64,000 bases of DNA, from positions 1,488,001-1,552,000 of the forward strand of contig NC_043005.1 of the NCBI RefSeq assembly GCF_006345805.1, in the 5' to 3' direction. Below, one piece after another: positions 1 through 11,768 of the stretch (positions are counted from its first letter, which is position 1; each line of letters begins with the position of its first letter). The notes beneath the pieces were generated by a model. That model was not told the origin of the DNA. It saw nothing but the letters and a program-made list of their open reading frames with translations, and made no database searches. Source of the DNA: Octopus sinensis. Taxonomy: Eukaryota. The translations under genes and the position numbers were made by a program.

Positions 1-600
1 AAAAGAGTTGAAAGACTTAAGTGATATCTCTGCCAGAAGTGGTGCACTGGGTCAAGGCCAACACACTCAACCCTCTCACCGTTCCAGGCCACATATCAGT
101 GAATTTTGTTGAACTCTAGCTCAATTTTGATCAAATGTGTTCCACCTGTGACCATCCCATCCTTGTATATTTGATCTTTATTTATTAAAGGTAGTGTGTG
201 ATTTGAAGGTGATTTGGTTGTTATTTCTAGCAGGCTGGGTGGTCTCATTGATGCCCTCTCATTGGCTGTGAATATGTAACAATGAGGGCAGGAGACACAC
301 TGAGGTTAAAATGTGAAGATATTGCAACAGGCTTAGGGAATATTCCATTAGAAGATGGTGTTGCTGTGGGCCAAGGGAAGAAATCAGGAAACTGCTTCAA
401 TATGTCCTCACAGAAAGGATAACCAAGAGTTTGATCCTATGTGACTCTTCCAATTGTGTGACTTAAAAAATATTAAGCAATTAATTCCATTAGCAAAACT
501 GTTTATCACCCATTAACGTCTTGATTCCAAATGCCAAATCTTTCTCCATTTTGCTTATTAGAGTTTTTTTCTGAGATTTCCTCAATAAACATCAACAATT

Positions 601-2122
601 GCACTAATTGCTGAGTCACTATCAGAACTAGAGGCAAAGTTTCAGGTGTGGAAACAAGGATTAGAATCAAAGGGCCTTAGAGTCAAGCTAGCTAAAACCC
701 AAATCCTAATAAGTAGAAAGGCAGACAAACCACAAATCCCTTCAGGTTGATGGCTCTGCTTGATCTGTAGAAAAGACGTAGGTAGAAACTCCATAAGATG
801 TACCTGGTGTAAGCCATGGACACATAAGGGGTGCAGCAATATCAAAGGAAGGCTAACTGGGAAGATAGTTTTTGTATGTGGCAGATGCTCAGGAGTAATA
901 AACACTGAAAATGCGCAGAGAACAACTTCCGCCACATTCCAGGGAGAAAAACTAGAAATAGCTGATAGCTTCCACTACCTAGGTGACCAAGTCAGTAGTG
1001 GGGATGGGTGTGCTGAAAGTGTAACTGGTAGAGTAAGAATAGCCTGGGCAAAGTTCAGAGAGCTCTTACCTCTGTTGGTGACAAAGGGCCTCTCGCTCAG
1101 AGTAAAAGGTAGACTGTATGATGCATATGTACGAACAGCCATACTACATGACAGTGAAACATGGGCTGTGACTGCAGAGGACATGCGTAAGCTCACAAGG
1201 AGTGAAGCCAGTATGCTCCGATGGATGTGTAATGTCAGTATGCATACTCAACAGTGTTCGCACATTGAGAGAAAAGTTAGACCTAAGAAGCATCAGATGT
1301 GATATGCAAGAGAGACGACTGTGCTGGTATGGCCATGTGGCGAGAATGGATGTGGATAGCTGTGTGAAAAAGTGGCACACTCTAGCGGTTGAGGGAACCT
1401 GTTGAAGAGGTAGACCCAGGAAGACCTGGGATGAGTTGGTGAAGCATAACCTTCGAACATTGGGCCTCACCGAGTCAATGACTAGTGACCGAGACCTTTG
1501 GAAATATACTGTGCTTGAGAAGACCCGGCAAGCCAAGTGAGACCATAACCTGTGGCCTATGCCAGGGGTGTAACCAGTCCACTTATGTGTACCTTTCCTT
1601 CATTGGACACTAAACTCTGTTTGCGAAGACATGTTGAGGCAGGTGAAATCAAAATCAAATTCGATGACTGGCATCCGTGCTAGTGGAGCGGTAAGAGCCC
1701 CATCCGAGCATGATCGTTGCCAGAGCAACAAACAGGCCTCTGTGCCAATGGCACATAAAAACAACACCATTCGAGCGTGATCATTACCTGCATCACCTTA
1801 CTACCACTTGTGCTGGTGGCACGTGAACAAAACATTCGAGCGAGGTCATTGCCAGTGCTGCTGGACTGGCTCCTGTGCAGGTGGCACATAAAAAGCACCA
1901 TTTGAGCATAGCCGCTGCCAGTACGGCCTGACTGGCCTTCATGCCGGTGGCATGTAAAAGCACCCACTACACTCTTAGAGTGGTTGGCATTAGGAAGGGC
2001 ATCCAGCTGTAGAAACTCTGCCAGATCAGACTGGAGTCTGGTGCAGCCATCTGGTTTGCCAGACCTCAGTCAAATCGTCCAACCCATGCTAGCATGGAAA
2101 GCAGATGTTAAACAACGACGAT
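601..2122 (+). mobile_element. RTE-clade LINE, 5'-truncated 3' part (RT C-terminus with PHD-like finger, 3' UTR hairpin array, GAT-type tail)
   Basis: ORF 760-1302 has FHYLGD and LYDAYVRTAILHDSETW, followed by RRLCWYGHVARM; these are RTE RT thumb/C-terminal motifs. Co-linear with 21210-22737. Ends CCATGCTAGCATGG...GTTAAACAACGACGAT. Confidence 0.93.
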
Positions 2123-2203
2123 ATATTCAGTAAAATTATGAAAGTAAACGAAAATAGTGTTGGTCTGTAGTGTATGTGTGTGTGTGACAGAGAGAGGGAA
2201 AGA

Positions 2204-2305
<102 letters not shown>

Positions 2306-3189
2306 TGAGAGAGAGAGAGAGAAGGGTGTTTCTGAACTGAATGACAAGAAATGGAGTTTGTTGTAGTTAAGGAGATAAAAGAAGTGAAATGAGAGAAAGG
2401 AAGTGCGGGGGGGGGGGGACACTGAGTTGTTGTTCAGCATTAAAATAAATAATGTGAGGAGGAGGATGAGGAGGAGGCATGGACAGTCCAGAATGAAATG
2501 TCTATGATATAACACTGTATTAGTAACAAGGTATTAGGAAATACCAGTTGACTGTCAATTGTGACCGGTATTGATACCTCATTAGCCATCAGCTGCAATT
2601 GTTTATTATCAACAACAAATGGGAAAAAAAAATGAAACAAAATTAAAGGAATGTGGTTTTGTTTTGGTTAATTGTAAACTTTTAAAATTATTCTGTCAAA
2701 TGTAAAATCTTATTTACTGACACCATTTTGATTTGAAACCTAATTGCTAGACCAGATCAGTCTGACAACATGACTGAATCATCATAATTTCACATGATTG
2801 GTCTATTAATTGACCAATCAGGGTGAGGCTGTGGGTGTGATACAGGGTTTTCTTGAACATTCTAGAATTTGGCTTCTGATCCCCAATAAAAACTGCTTGG
2901 AGTGCAGACAGCCAAGGACCTGTTGCCATGGTAATTTACACAGTTGACTTTGTATATTTTTGGACTGTCCACATTTTGTCACACATTTTGGCTTCCATTA
3001 ATTTCAGAGGAGTCTGTCTCTTCTCCAGTCAGAAAATATTGATGTTGTTCATTGTAAATAGCAAACACCGAAATATCTTTGTCTGGCAAATAAGTTTGTG
3101 TGTGGCTTCAGTTATTATTCATGCATCCAATGAATATATTTCCATTTACCAGCTTCAAATAGCTCCATCCAAACCCCCTTGTGACAGTA

Positions 3190-3646
3190 TTAACCGTGCA
3201 TTATCTTTTAGCTTTAAGATATTGATGTGTATATTTTTAGAATGACGTTTTAGGTTAAGTGTAAGAGGCCAGATCTAGCTGGCTTGAATGCAAAACATGT
3301 AGACAGTGGCAGACTGACCAGGTTACCAGCTTGCCTGATGGTAAGTGGGCTCCTGCGCCATTAGAATCCATGTATGGGGGCCCATCTTAGTATCAAAGGG
3401 GTCCATCCCCTCAAGCTGGAGAATTCTTTTTAATTCACACCTGGAAGAATAGATTAATTATTTCAACCTGGCTGTGTTTGTTGACAGGTGAAAAGAATAC
3501 TTTTAAGAAAAAATAAATTAAACGATAGCATTGTAGTTGCGGGTGGGTCCCCTTAGTCTCCTGGCAACCAATATTTGCAGACCCAGTCCGCCGCTGCATG
3601 TAGAATATTTCGGCTGAATATGGTTGGTTTATACGCTAAAGGGTTA
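3190..3646. mobile_element. Older dispersed repeat ending GCTAAAGGGTTAA (possible TTAA-type MITE), host of the hAT MITE; paralog at ~5130-5245
   Basis: The blocks TTTTAGAATGAC...GTGTAAGA.GC.GATCT.GC...AAAACA.GTA.AATAT...GGTTTA.A.GCTAAAG..TTAA are shared with ~5130-5245. Confidence 0.5.
3304..3596. mobile_element. hAT-type MITE with 8-bp target-site duplication
   Basis: Termini CAGTGGCAGACTG and CAGTCCGCCGCTG are 11/13 inverted. Perfect flanking direct repeat CATGTAGA at 3296-3303 and 3597-3604. Confidence 0.85.
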
Positions 3647-6600
3647 AGACCAACAGAGGATATATTCCTATTCTAAAATGAATGCATTGTAACTGTTCTA
3701 CAAACTGAAAAGCTCATCAGTCAAAATGTTTGAACTGAAAGCAGTTCTTTTATTCCGGCTCCTTCCCTCCAACTGGATCCTTGTTACTATCAGTCATTAA
3801 TTTGCAATTATCTAATAATTAGTTTGCAATCACCTGCCACCTGATGCAATTCTCTCTCAACACATACCTGATCCCCCTTTTCTAAAGTCTCACCTAACTC
3901 AGCTAATGTACTCATTTGACAGGGCTCTGTCAAACAAGTACAGTACTCCTTTAACGTGCCAGTCTCAAAGAAGTACAATGCTTCCCTAACTGCTTCTACA
4001 TTGTTCTGTTTTACTCAATATGAAGAAAGTAACGATTAAATTAATTAATAAACATTACAGAAGCAGAAGGGGTCGGGGTCAGAGTTTTTACAGTTTGTCT
4101 GTGAATGATGTGATTGATGCAACTCTTGAAGAACTGCAGGAAAAAAAATATGTACAAAATGGGAAGGATTCAAGTGAGACAACATTCTGAGAAGAAGGGA
4201 CCATGAGTGGTGGTGGTGGTGGTGGTAGGAAAGGTAGAGAAAGGAGGGAAAGAGCATGGATGAGATGCTGAAGCGTGAAATTTGTCTTTGGTTGCAGCAA
4301 CAGCCTCCTTACGCCAGACTGTGGGGGTCTCACCAGAACTTAATAAAGGGCAAACAGATGGGTTCAGTCTTTGTTATGTTGTAGACATGGGTTGACCAGC
4401 AGAGATCCTAAGTGATGTAAACCCTAAACCCTAACATTTAGAGCATCTGTTGCTTGTTTTTAAGAGAAGATGCCATGTTGTGTTCTTGCTTTCTGCAGCA
4501 ACTTTGTGAGTGTTTGTGAAATTCTAAATTAATGGCAAATGGGAGCAACATTTTAGAAGCAGGAATTGTATTGCAGCTGATGAGCCTCATCAACGCAATA
4601 TCTGCGGAACGGGGAATATGAATCAAATATATCGTACAAGCTGAATGTCTGACATTAAATGCGTTTAGAAAGAATAATCGTTGTGAGATGCAGGGAAGAG
4701 TCTGGGGTAAATTGCAGTTTAATAAATTAAAGTTAAAAAATGCTACAGCAAGTTGTTTCAATATCCACAGATTGTCGAATGGTCAATGCAATAAGTTGTG
4801 TATGATGGCAAACAAATTAATAGCAACCAAAGAGTGAAGAGATGACAGTGAAAAGGTTTCGGCTCTGTCGGTCTGAAGAAAATGAACAACTGGGACATTA
4901 GCAACTTTCTTTTATTGTTTAGAAACAAAATCAATTTAACAAAAGTATCTCAACCAACACCATAATATTATTGGGATGTAATCTAAGAATTCAGGAGGAA
5001 TGGAAGAATGAGATGTGGATATCTAAGCCTTAGGCATTTCAATTATTCCATCAACTGTTTTGTTTATTTATATTGTTTTGAATTATTCATACATTATGTT
5101 GTAACTTTGAGATTTTGATAATGTGGCAGTTTATTTTTAGAATGACATTGTAGGCAGGTGTAAGAAGCAGGATCTGGCCAGGTTGACCCCAAAACAGGTA
5201 AAATATATTGCCTGGATATGGCCGGTTTAAATGCTAAAGTATTAAACATAGAAATATTAAGCAGACAGGAGACAGACAGAAGCTGGGCAGGTGGACAGCT
5301 TCTGTTCTGTCAATATACAACTTGTACCAAATATTGCAATAATTATTACAACACAAGGGATGTAAGAAGCCATAAAGATCAGTTGTCTACAGATGTAAAT
5401 ATTGACCATTCTATGCCCAAACTGATCTGATCAAAACTCAACTTATAAAAGAGACTTGTATCAATGCCATTTCATTTTTTTTTTTTCATTAACAAGCAAC
5501 TTCACAAATCTCATATCTTGCTATGAAGCCAAGTCTTGTAAGCCAGGCTTATCAATTCCATGCTAATTCACCAACTTTTGCAACCATTTTCGCATCTAAA
5601 ACTTTCAGTCAAAAGAAAAGAGAAAAACAATTTTTTTTTTCATGGTGGCAGCTTTGAAAGTAAAAACCAATTTTCTATAGTGGTTGCTTTAAATATCTCT
5701 TTGGTTCTTTGTTCTTTCCTTTTCTTTTTTTTTCCATTTCTACCTAGCAACAAACAGCTAAAGAAGTGGCATAAGCTAGAAGAAATGCTAAAGGCTAAAG
5801 GAATTCATTGCAATCATTTGATGTATGTTGAGATATTAATGGTTTCTTGCACAACAATGAAGAAACCTTGATTTTAGGAAAGGAATTTATACAAAGATTT
5901 CGTGTCTTTTCTTAAAATGTATATGAGCAAACATGAAGCAACTGAAACTGAGAGGTCGCAAGAATTTACTGCTGTTGACCAGACATTAAAACAGTAATGC
6001 CTTCTATGGCTACCACTTTTTTTTTTTTTTGAAAAGGAAAAGAGATGAAAGGGTAAAAATTCAGAATCTCAGCAAATTCTAATCAATAAGAGAGTTTGCA
6101 AAGTTTTAGCCCTTGTTGTTTGTCTGAGAGTGATGAAAAACGGAAAGAAACTTTGGAGAATCGTCTTAATTCCAAATAATAAATAACATTAATTTTTATC
6201 TACCTTAAGGATTTTTGTACACTGTCTTTGGAACTGTAAAATATGATATCAAACATGTATGACATGAAACATTTGAACACGCACACACACACACAAATGC
6301 AAATATGTCTAATGAACACATGTAGTATGGTTCTCTTCTCTTGGTACAAGTTCTATGAAGGTAAGAATAATTGGAGAATTTTTTACATGACATAAAGATG
6401 AAGGGAGGAGAGGATTACGGAGAGGACTTTTGACCATGTGATCAGGAATTTACTCCTAATAACAATCATTATTTTGTGCTCCTCACTAATGTAGCCCCTC
6501 CTCATCATCACAGACAGTCTCCACTGAAGCGAGGAAAATATCACATCCATCAAATTCCTTGCTGTGACAATATGCAAATGTCAACATTTGTAAAAGCCAC

Positions 6601-6702
6601 CCATGCAGCAGATTAATGGAAGTAAGATGTGTGCTTTTAATTGAAATGGATACATACATACAAACACACACACATATATATATACATACATGTATTTTCT
6701 CA

Positions 6703-6787
<85 letters not shown>

Positions 6788-7719
6788 AGTGGACAAACGA
6801 AAGAAGGGCACTCAACCAATTTATTGGGAGTCACATGACTAGATCAAAACAGTTTGAGTGAAATTCGTTGGTACTCTTGAGTTTCAAGAGTGATGCGAGT
6901 CGTCCACCATTTTGAATTTGTATGACAGAAGTTGATTGTTGTTACCGTAAGGTGGGCTGCGATTGGTCGAGGAAGGTCACATAGTGTCATGGTTTGATGT
7001 CGGTATATAGGTAACAGTTAGTTGGAAATACCGCATGATGAACAGGAAATTGACCAGGAGGAGGACAACGAATGGACAACGTAGTGATGAGGAAGTCAAT
7101 CAAGTTGTTGGTGGGGGAAGGGGAGTAGGAAGAGGTGTTACATCCAAGTATAGAGTTCTATATGAGGGGGAGTAGGCATGCTCATATAGTTTTGTGTGCA
7201 TGTGTATATTGATGCAAGCAGGGTGCACATGCACACGTCTGCACACACACGCTTGGTCAAACACATACACGCATACACATACATGCATGCACATACACGC
7301 ATACGCACACACATTATACTTGCCAGTCAGGATTCATATAAGCTCCAAGGTAGCATTTTGTAGCAATTTGTATCTATAGAAATATTCTTCTAACGAGACG
7401 AATGGAATCGTCATCTTGTTTATTTCCGTTATTTTACGATACAGTATATAATATGGTAAAATAGGTTCCAAACTTTGAAACTGCAACAGAGAATTAACCC
7501 TTTATTTTCAAATTGTGAATTTTACATCATGTCGCTTGCAGACAGCTTTATTGCGAGGAGATAAAATATGAGTGACAATAGTGGCTTTTTTAGTGGTTTT
7601 TGACTGCTATTTCTAAACATGTAAGGGTTTTTGCAACCCTCTGTGTTATAATTGTGATTTATTCATAATTATAAACACTCTTATATATATATATATATAT
7701 AATATATATATATATATAC

Positions 7720-8217
7720 GCGAGAAAGAAGCAACAAGAATGGATAGGGTTTTAGTACAATCGTTTCATACAAGGACAGGCTTTATTAAAAGTTGTAAAA
7801 ATTACAGCATATAAACGTGTCCCGTACTCATCAGCTAAAATACATGTGAGTTCTCTAGACATCCTAGTGGTTGAGGCTATACTCATGAAGTAATGTAGAT
7901 AATTAAGTAACATAAACAGATTTCCAAAGTTCATTAAAGTTCTTTAAAGATGATGTACAGTCTTATCACAGAATTTTAAAAAAGTTTTAATAGCATCACA
8001 GAGAAGGTGACCTAATCCATAGAGCACATATGAATTTCCAGAGATATGATGAGGGATTACATACTCACAGAAGACAAATTTATCCATTGTTAATCACAAC
8101 GAGGTGGGTCTCAATTCCTGCTTATTAGCATTACAGAGAGGGTGAATTAATCCTTTGTATAGATGCACAATTTCCAATGGTGTAGATGTAAATTTCCAGA
8201 GAAATGAAGAGGAATTT
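7720..8217 (-). repeat. Inverted (antisense) copy of the pseudo-LTR
   Basis: Reverse complement of 11299-11798. The ORF track gives the identical 60-aa peptide at 7752-7934(-) and 11584-11766(+). Confidence 0.95.
7750..7840 (-). ncRNA. Second copy of the hammerhead ribozyme, in the inverted pLTR
   Basis: Reverse complement of 11678-11768 (plus strand reads TTTTAGTACAATCGTTTC...TCATCAGCTAAAA). Confidence 0.85.
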
Positions 8218-8233
8218 GCCATGAATTTTTGCC

Positions 8234-10233
8234 ATGAATCGCTCCCTCATATCTAGAGAAGAAATCAATATTGTGCTACTAGCTAGGAAGACATTTATAG
8301 AATTTGAAGATAAATTATGGACTAGAGCAGATACACCTAATTTTTTTGATATACCAATGGGTTCCAGTGATTCGGCTGAGGTAACCAACCTAGTAGGCGC
8401 ATATCTATTAAAATGCATAAGTAAGGATATACCAGAAATACAGGGGGGGTTATATAGGGATGATGCTCTGTTTGTTATCCCTAGTAATAATAAATCTGTT
8501 ATAGAAAGGATTAGAAAGAAAATTAATAAGTTCTTTAAGGATTTCAACCTCAGTATAACGTATGAACCGGGCACTAAAATAGTTAACTTCCTAGATATTA
8601 CGCTAGACCTTAACTCCAAGCTACATTACCCATTTAGAAAGGAAGGCGAAATCACGAATTACGTAAATAAATTATCAAATCATCCCCCAAATATAATAGA
8701 ATCTTTAGTAAGAAATATTTCATTAAGAATTTCAAAATTATCATCCAATAAGGATATATTTAACTCCCATTCTGAGCATTATAATGAGGCGTTAACTAAG
8801 GCTGGATACAACCAAAAGATTACATTCGTTGATAAGGGGAACTCACGTATTCCTAATAATGAAGTTATCAGTAATTACGTAAGCAGCAATGCAGACCAAG
8901 CCCGAAATAAAAGTAGAATTAAATTAATGGTAAACGCTAATCTAGCGTACAGGCCCAACAATTCAAATAGAAGCATTGACCAGAACATAGGTAACTCTCG
9001 GATAATATTGAAGTAGATAAACCTAAGATGCACACAAATAAAAATAAAAATAATGGTAATAAATACAATAACTCCGGTGAGATGAATAGTAGTAATTCTA
9101 CGAACCCTAAATTTAATAAAAAAGATATATTATGGCTGAATCCCTTTCAACTGTGCGATACAATCGGATATACAGAACAAATTCAAAGTAATTCTGGAAA
9201 AAAATTCCCTATCTCTCATAGATATCATAGAATTATATCTAGGAAAACAGTTAGGATTTCTTATTCAACCCTCCCAAATATGTCCACTTTAATAGCTAAG
9301 ATTAATAATAAAAACATTAAACTAGCCAGGAAAGATAGAAATAAAAATAATAATATCAGCATGAATACCAATAGCAATTATAATAATACTACCAACAATA
9401 AAAACAGCAATAGTAACTATCAAAACATAGGTGAAATTAGTAACCACAGAATGACTAATAACATTAACATTAATAGTAATAATAACAATGCCGATATTAA
9501 TAGAAGTAATAATGTTAATAATAGAAATAATAGATATAAGGCTAATGGAGAAAATAAGGAGAATGAAAATATCAGTGATATTTATAACAACAATATGCAG
9601 TCGGATAAAAAGACTAACAATATTAGTAACATTACCAATAATATAAGAAATCATGGTAGGACTTTAGACCTAAATGATGAAGCTGAAGGATCAATAAATA
9701 ATAGCAATACTTTAGATATCAGCACCAACTATAGAAATGATAATCAAAATAATAGGAACCTAAGACATCTACCCAAGAATAATCCAAAGCCTGAAGTTGT
9801 TCCTCCTGTGTGTAAGTGTAGAATAAAATCAAAATGCCCGGCATCTGGTCTATGTGGGGAAAATAATGTAATCTATAAATGTACCATATCCACGGAGAAT
9901 AACAAATATCTTTACATTGGATGTACAATTAATTTTCTAGCCAGAGTTAGAAATCACATCTCGTCTTTTAAATTACATCATAAAGCTGGTACCACCACAC
10001 TTTCAATCAAAATCTGGGAACTCAAAAATAATAATAAAAATTATAACCTTAATTGGGAAATAGTTAGGAGAGCAATTCCGTATAAAAATAGTAGGGTTGG
10101 TTGCCAACTATGCTCCATGGAGACGTATGAAATTCTAAAGCATAGAAAACATAGAAACTTATTGAATAACCATATTGAACTAGGTCAAGTTTGTGTCCAC
10201 GCTAAATTGAAGACTTTAAAATATTTTAAATGA
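8234..10233 (+). pseudogene. Penelope-like RT-GIY-YIG polyprotein, N-truncated and frameshifted (ORFs 8234-9016 and 9028-10233)
   Basis: RT motifs FDIPMGS, GLYRDD (YRDD at 8453-8464), NFLDITL and YVNKLSNHPP. Linker RISYSTLPNM. Endonuclease region CKCRIKSKCP..GLC, VIYKC...YIGCT...R..H, LSIKIW, CQLC..E, LN, CVH. Frameshift at ~8995-9016. Confidence 0.92.
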
Positions 10234-11677
10234 TTAGAATATTCGTAACTAGATAGATAGATATAACTTGATTTCTACTAGTATAGCACTACTTTAAGTA
10301 GATAACTAAGAGTTCTCACACTACAGTTATCTTTTTCCTTATATCTGCATCAGTTTTTTGAGAACAGGGAAATGAATAGTACTTATACGCTGCTTAATTG
10401 AGGCTTTATTTAATTTCAAACTCATAATTTTTAAATTCTTAATTTTAAATCTTAATTGTAATTTTTAATTTTAATTCCTAACTTAATCTAATTTAAGTAG
10501 CATAACTCTAATAAAATAAAATGAGTTACTATAGCCCCATAATTCTATTTCAAAATTAAATAAATAAGGCTACCCCCTCGGTGATAATATGATTATCTTC
10601 ATTATGATAGACAATCCCCTAACACCTTGTAAATGATCTTCTAAGATTTGACCTGTAGTCCGTCAATGTATGAATAATAACGGCAACTCCTTAAGACAAT
10701 AAAATGAATAAATTAAATAAGTAAATTTTAATGACTTTTTGATAAGATTATACTTAGATTTTCCTAATGTATTTTCTTTTGAATTTAGCATCTGACCCCT
10801 AACCCCTGACTGTGTTATCTCTTTAAATTCATAGCTGATTTCAACAGCAATAAATTAGCTGTTTTACTGGTCAAAGAATAATATTCTCCTCTAGTTCCTA
10901 GATGCCTGTAAATTAAAACCAGACTTGCCGTCTACTAATTCTTCTGTATAACTAGAACCCTCTTTTTTTTCTTTTTTTTTTCCCTTCTTTCCTATTTCTT
11001 TCTCTTTTTTCTCTTTTTCTTTTTCTTCTTCTTATCTCTCTTTTTCCTCTCTTCTCTTTTAGTCCCCTTCCCCCCCTTTTTTGCTCCCTCCTCCTTTATT
11101 TTCTCTCTTTTCTTCTATTCCCTTCCCTTTTCTATTCTTTGCCTCTCTAGAAAGCCCTTCAGCTTTAAAAGTTAATAGCTACAGCCTCTTGTAAATAGCA
11201 GTAATGTGATTAATGTGGCAAATACCTAATCATATAACAAGAATTGATACCTACCTCATTGTGTTCAACCATTGATAAATTTATCGCCTGTGAATATGAA
11301 ATTCCTCTTCATTTCTCTGGAAATTTTCTACATCCATACACAATTGAAATTGTGCATCTATACAAAGATTATTCACCCTCTCTGTAATGCTAATAAGCAG
11401 GAATTGAGACCCACCTCGTTGTGATTAACAATGGATAAATTTGTCTTCTGTGAGTATGTAATCCCTCATCATATCTCTGGAAATTCATATGTGCTCTATG
11501 GATTAGGTCACCTTCTCTGTGATGCTATTAAAACTTTTTTAAAATTCTGTGATAAGACTGTACATCATCTTTAAAGAACTTTAATGAACTTTGGAAATCT
11601 GTTTATGTTACTTAATTATCTACATTACTTCATGAGTATAGCCTCAACCACTAGGATGTCTAGAGAACTCACATGTA

Positions 11678-11768
11678 TTTTAGCTGATGAGTACGGGACA
11701 CGTTTATATGCTGTAATTTTTACAACTTTTAATAAAGCCTGTCCTTGTATGAAACGATTGTACTAAAA
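11678..11768 (+). ncRNA. Type I hammerhead ribozyme in the 3' pLTR
   Basis: Stem I TTTTAG/CTAAAA. Core CTGATGA (11684-11690). Stem II GTACGGGACA/TGTCCTTGTAT. GAAA at 11751. Minimal stem III AC-GATT-GT. Cleavage triplet GTA, with the cut predicted after 11762. Confidence 0.85.

Noticed and set aside
1740-1965. CRISPR array (palindromic ~25-nt repeats with ~40-nt spacers)
   Set aside because: The spacers are homologous to one another (ATT.GAGC...TGCCAG...CTGGC), the array lies in a LINE 3' UTR, the context is eukaryotic, and there are no cas genes.
4420-4434. Telomeric-like AACCCTAAACCCTAA
   Set aside because: Only about two imperfect units; too short to call an interstitial telomeric repeat.
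4577-4592. CTGATGAG hammerhead-like core
   Set aside because: It is a short palindrome (TGATGAG-C-CTCATCA) with no downstream GAAA or stems I and III.
9028-10400. Selenoprotein-type Naiad (in-frame UGA plus SECIS)
   Set aside because: The conserved cysteines are encoded by TGT/TGC, and the only in-frame TGA is the terminal stop after the CVH motif. No SECIS recognised by eye.
11584-11766. Duplicated 60-aa peptide (also 7752-7934 minus)
   Set aside because: It starts at TTG, has no recognisable domain, and simply reflects the inverted pLTR overlapping the ribozyme.
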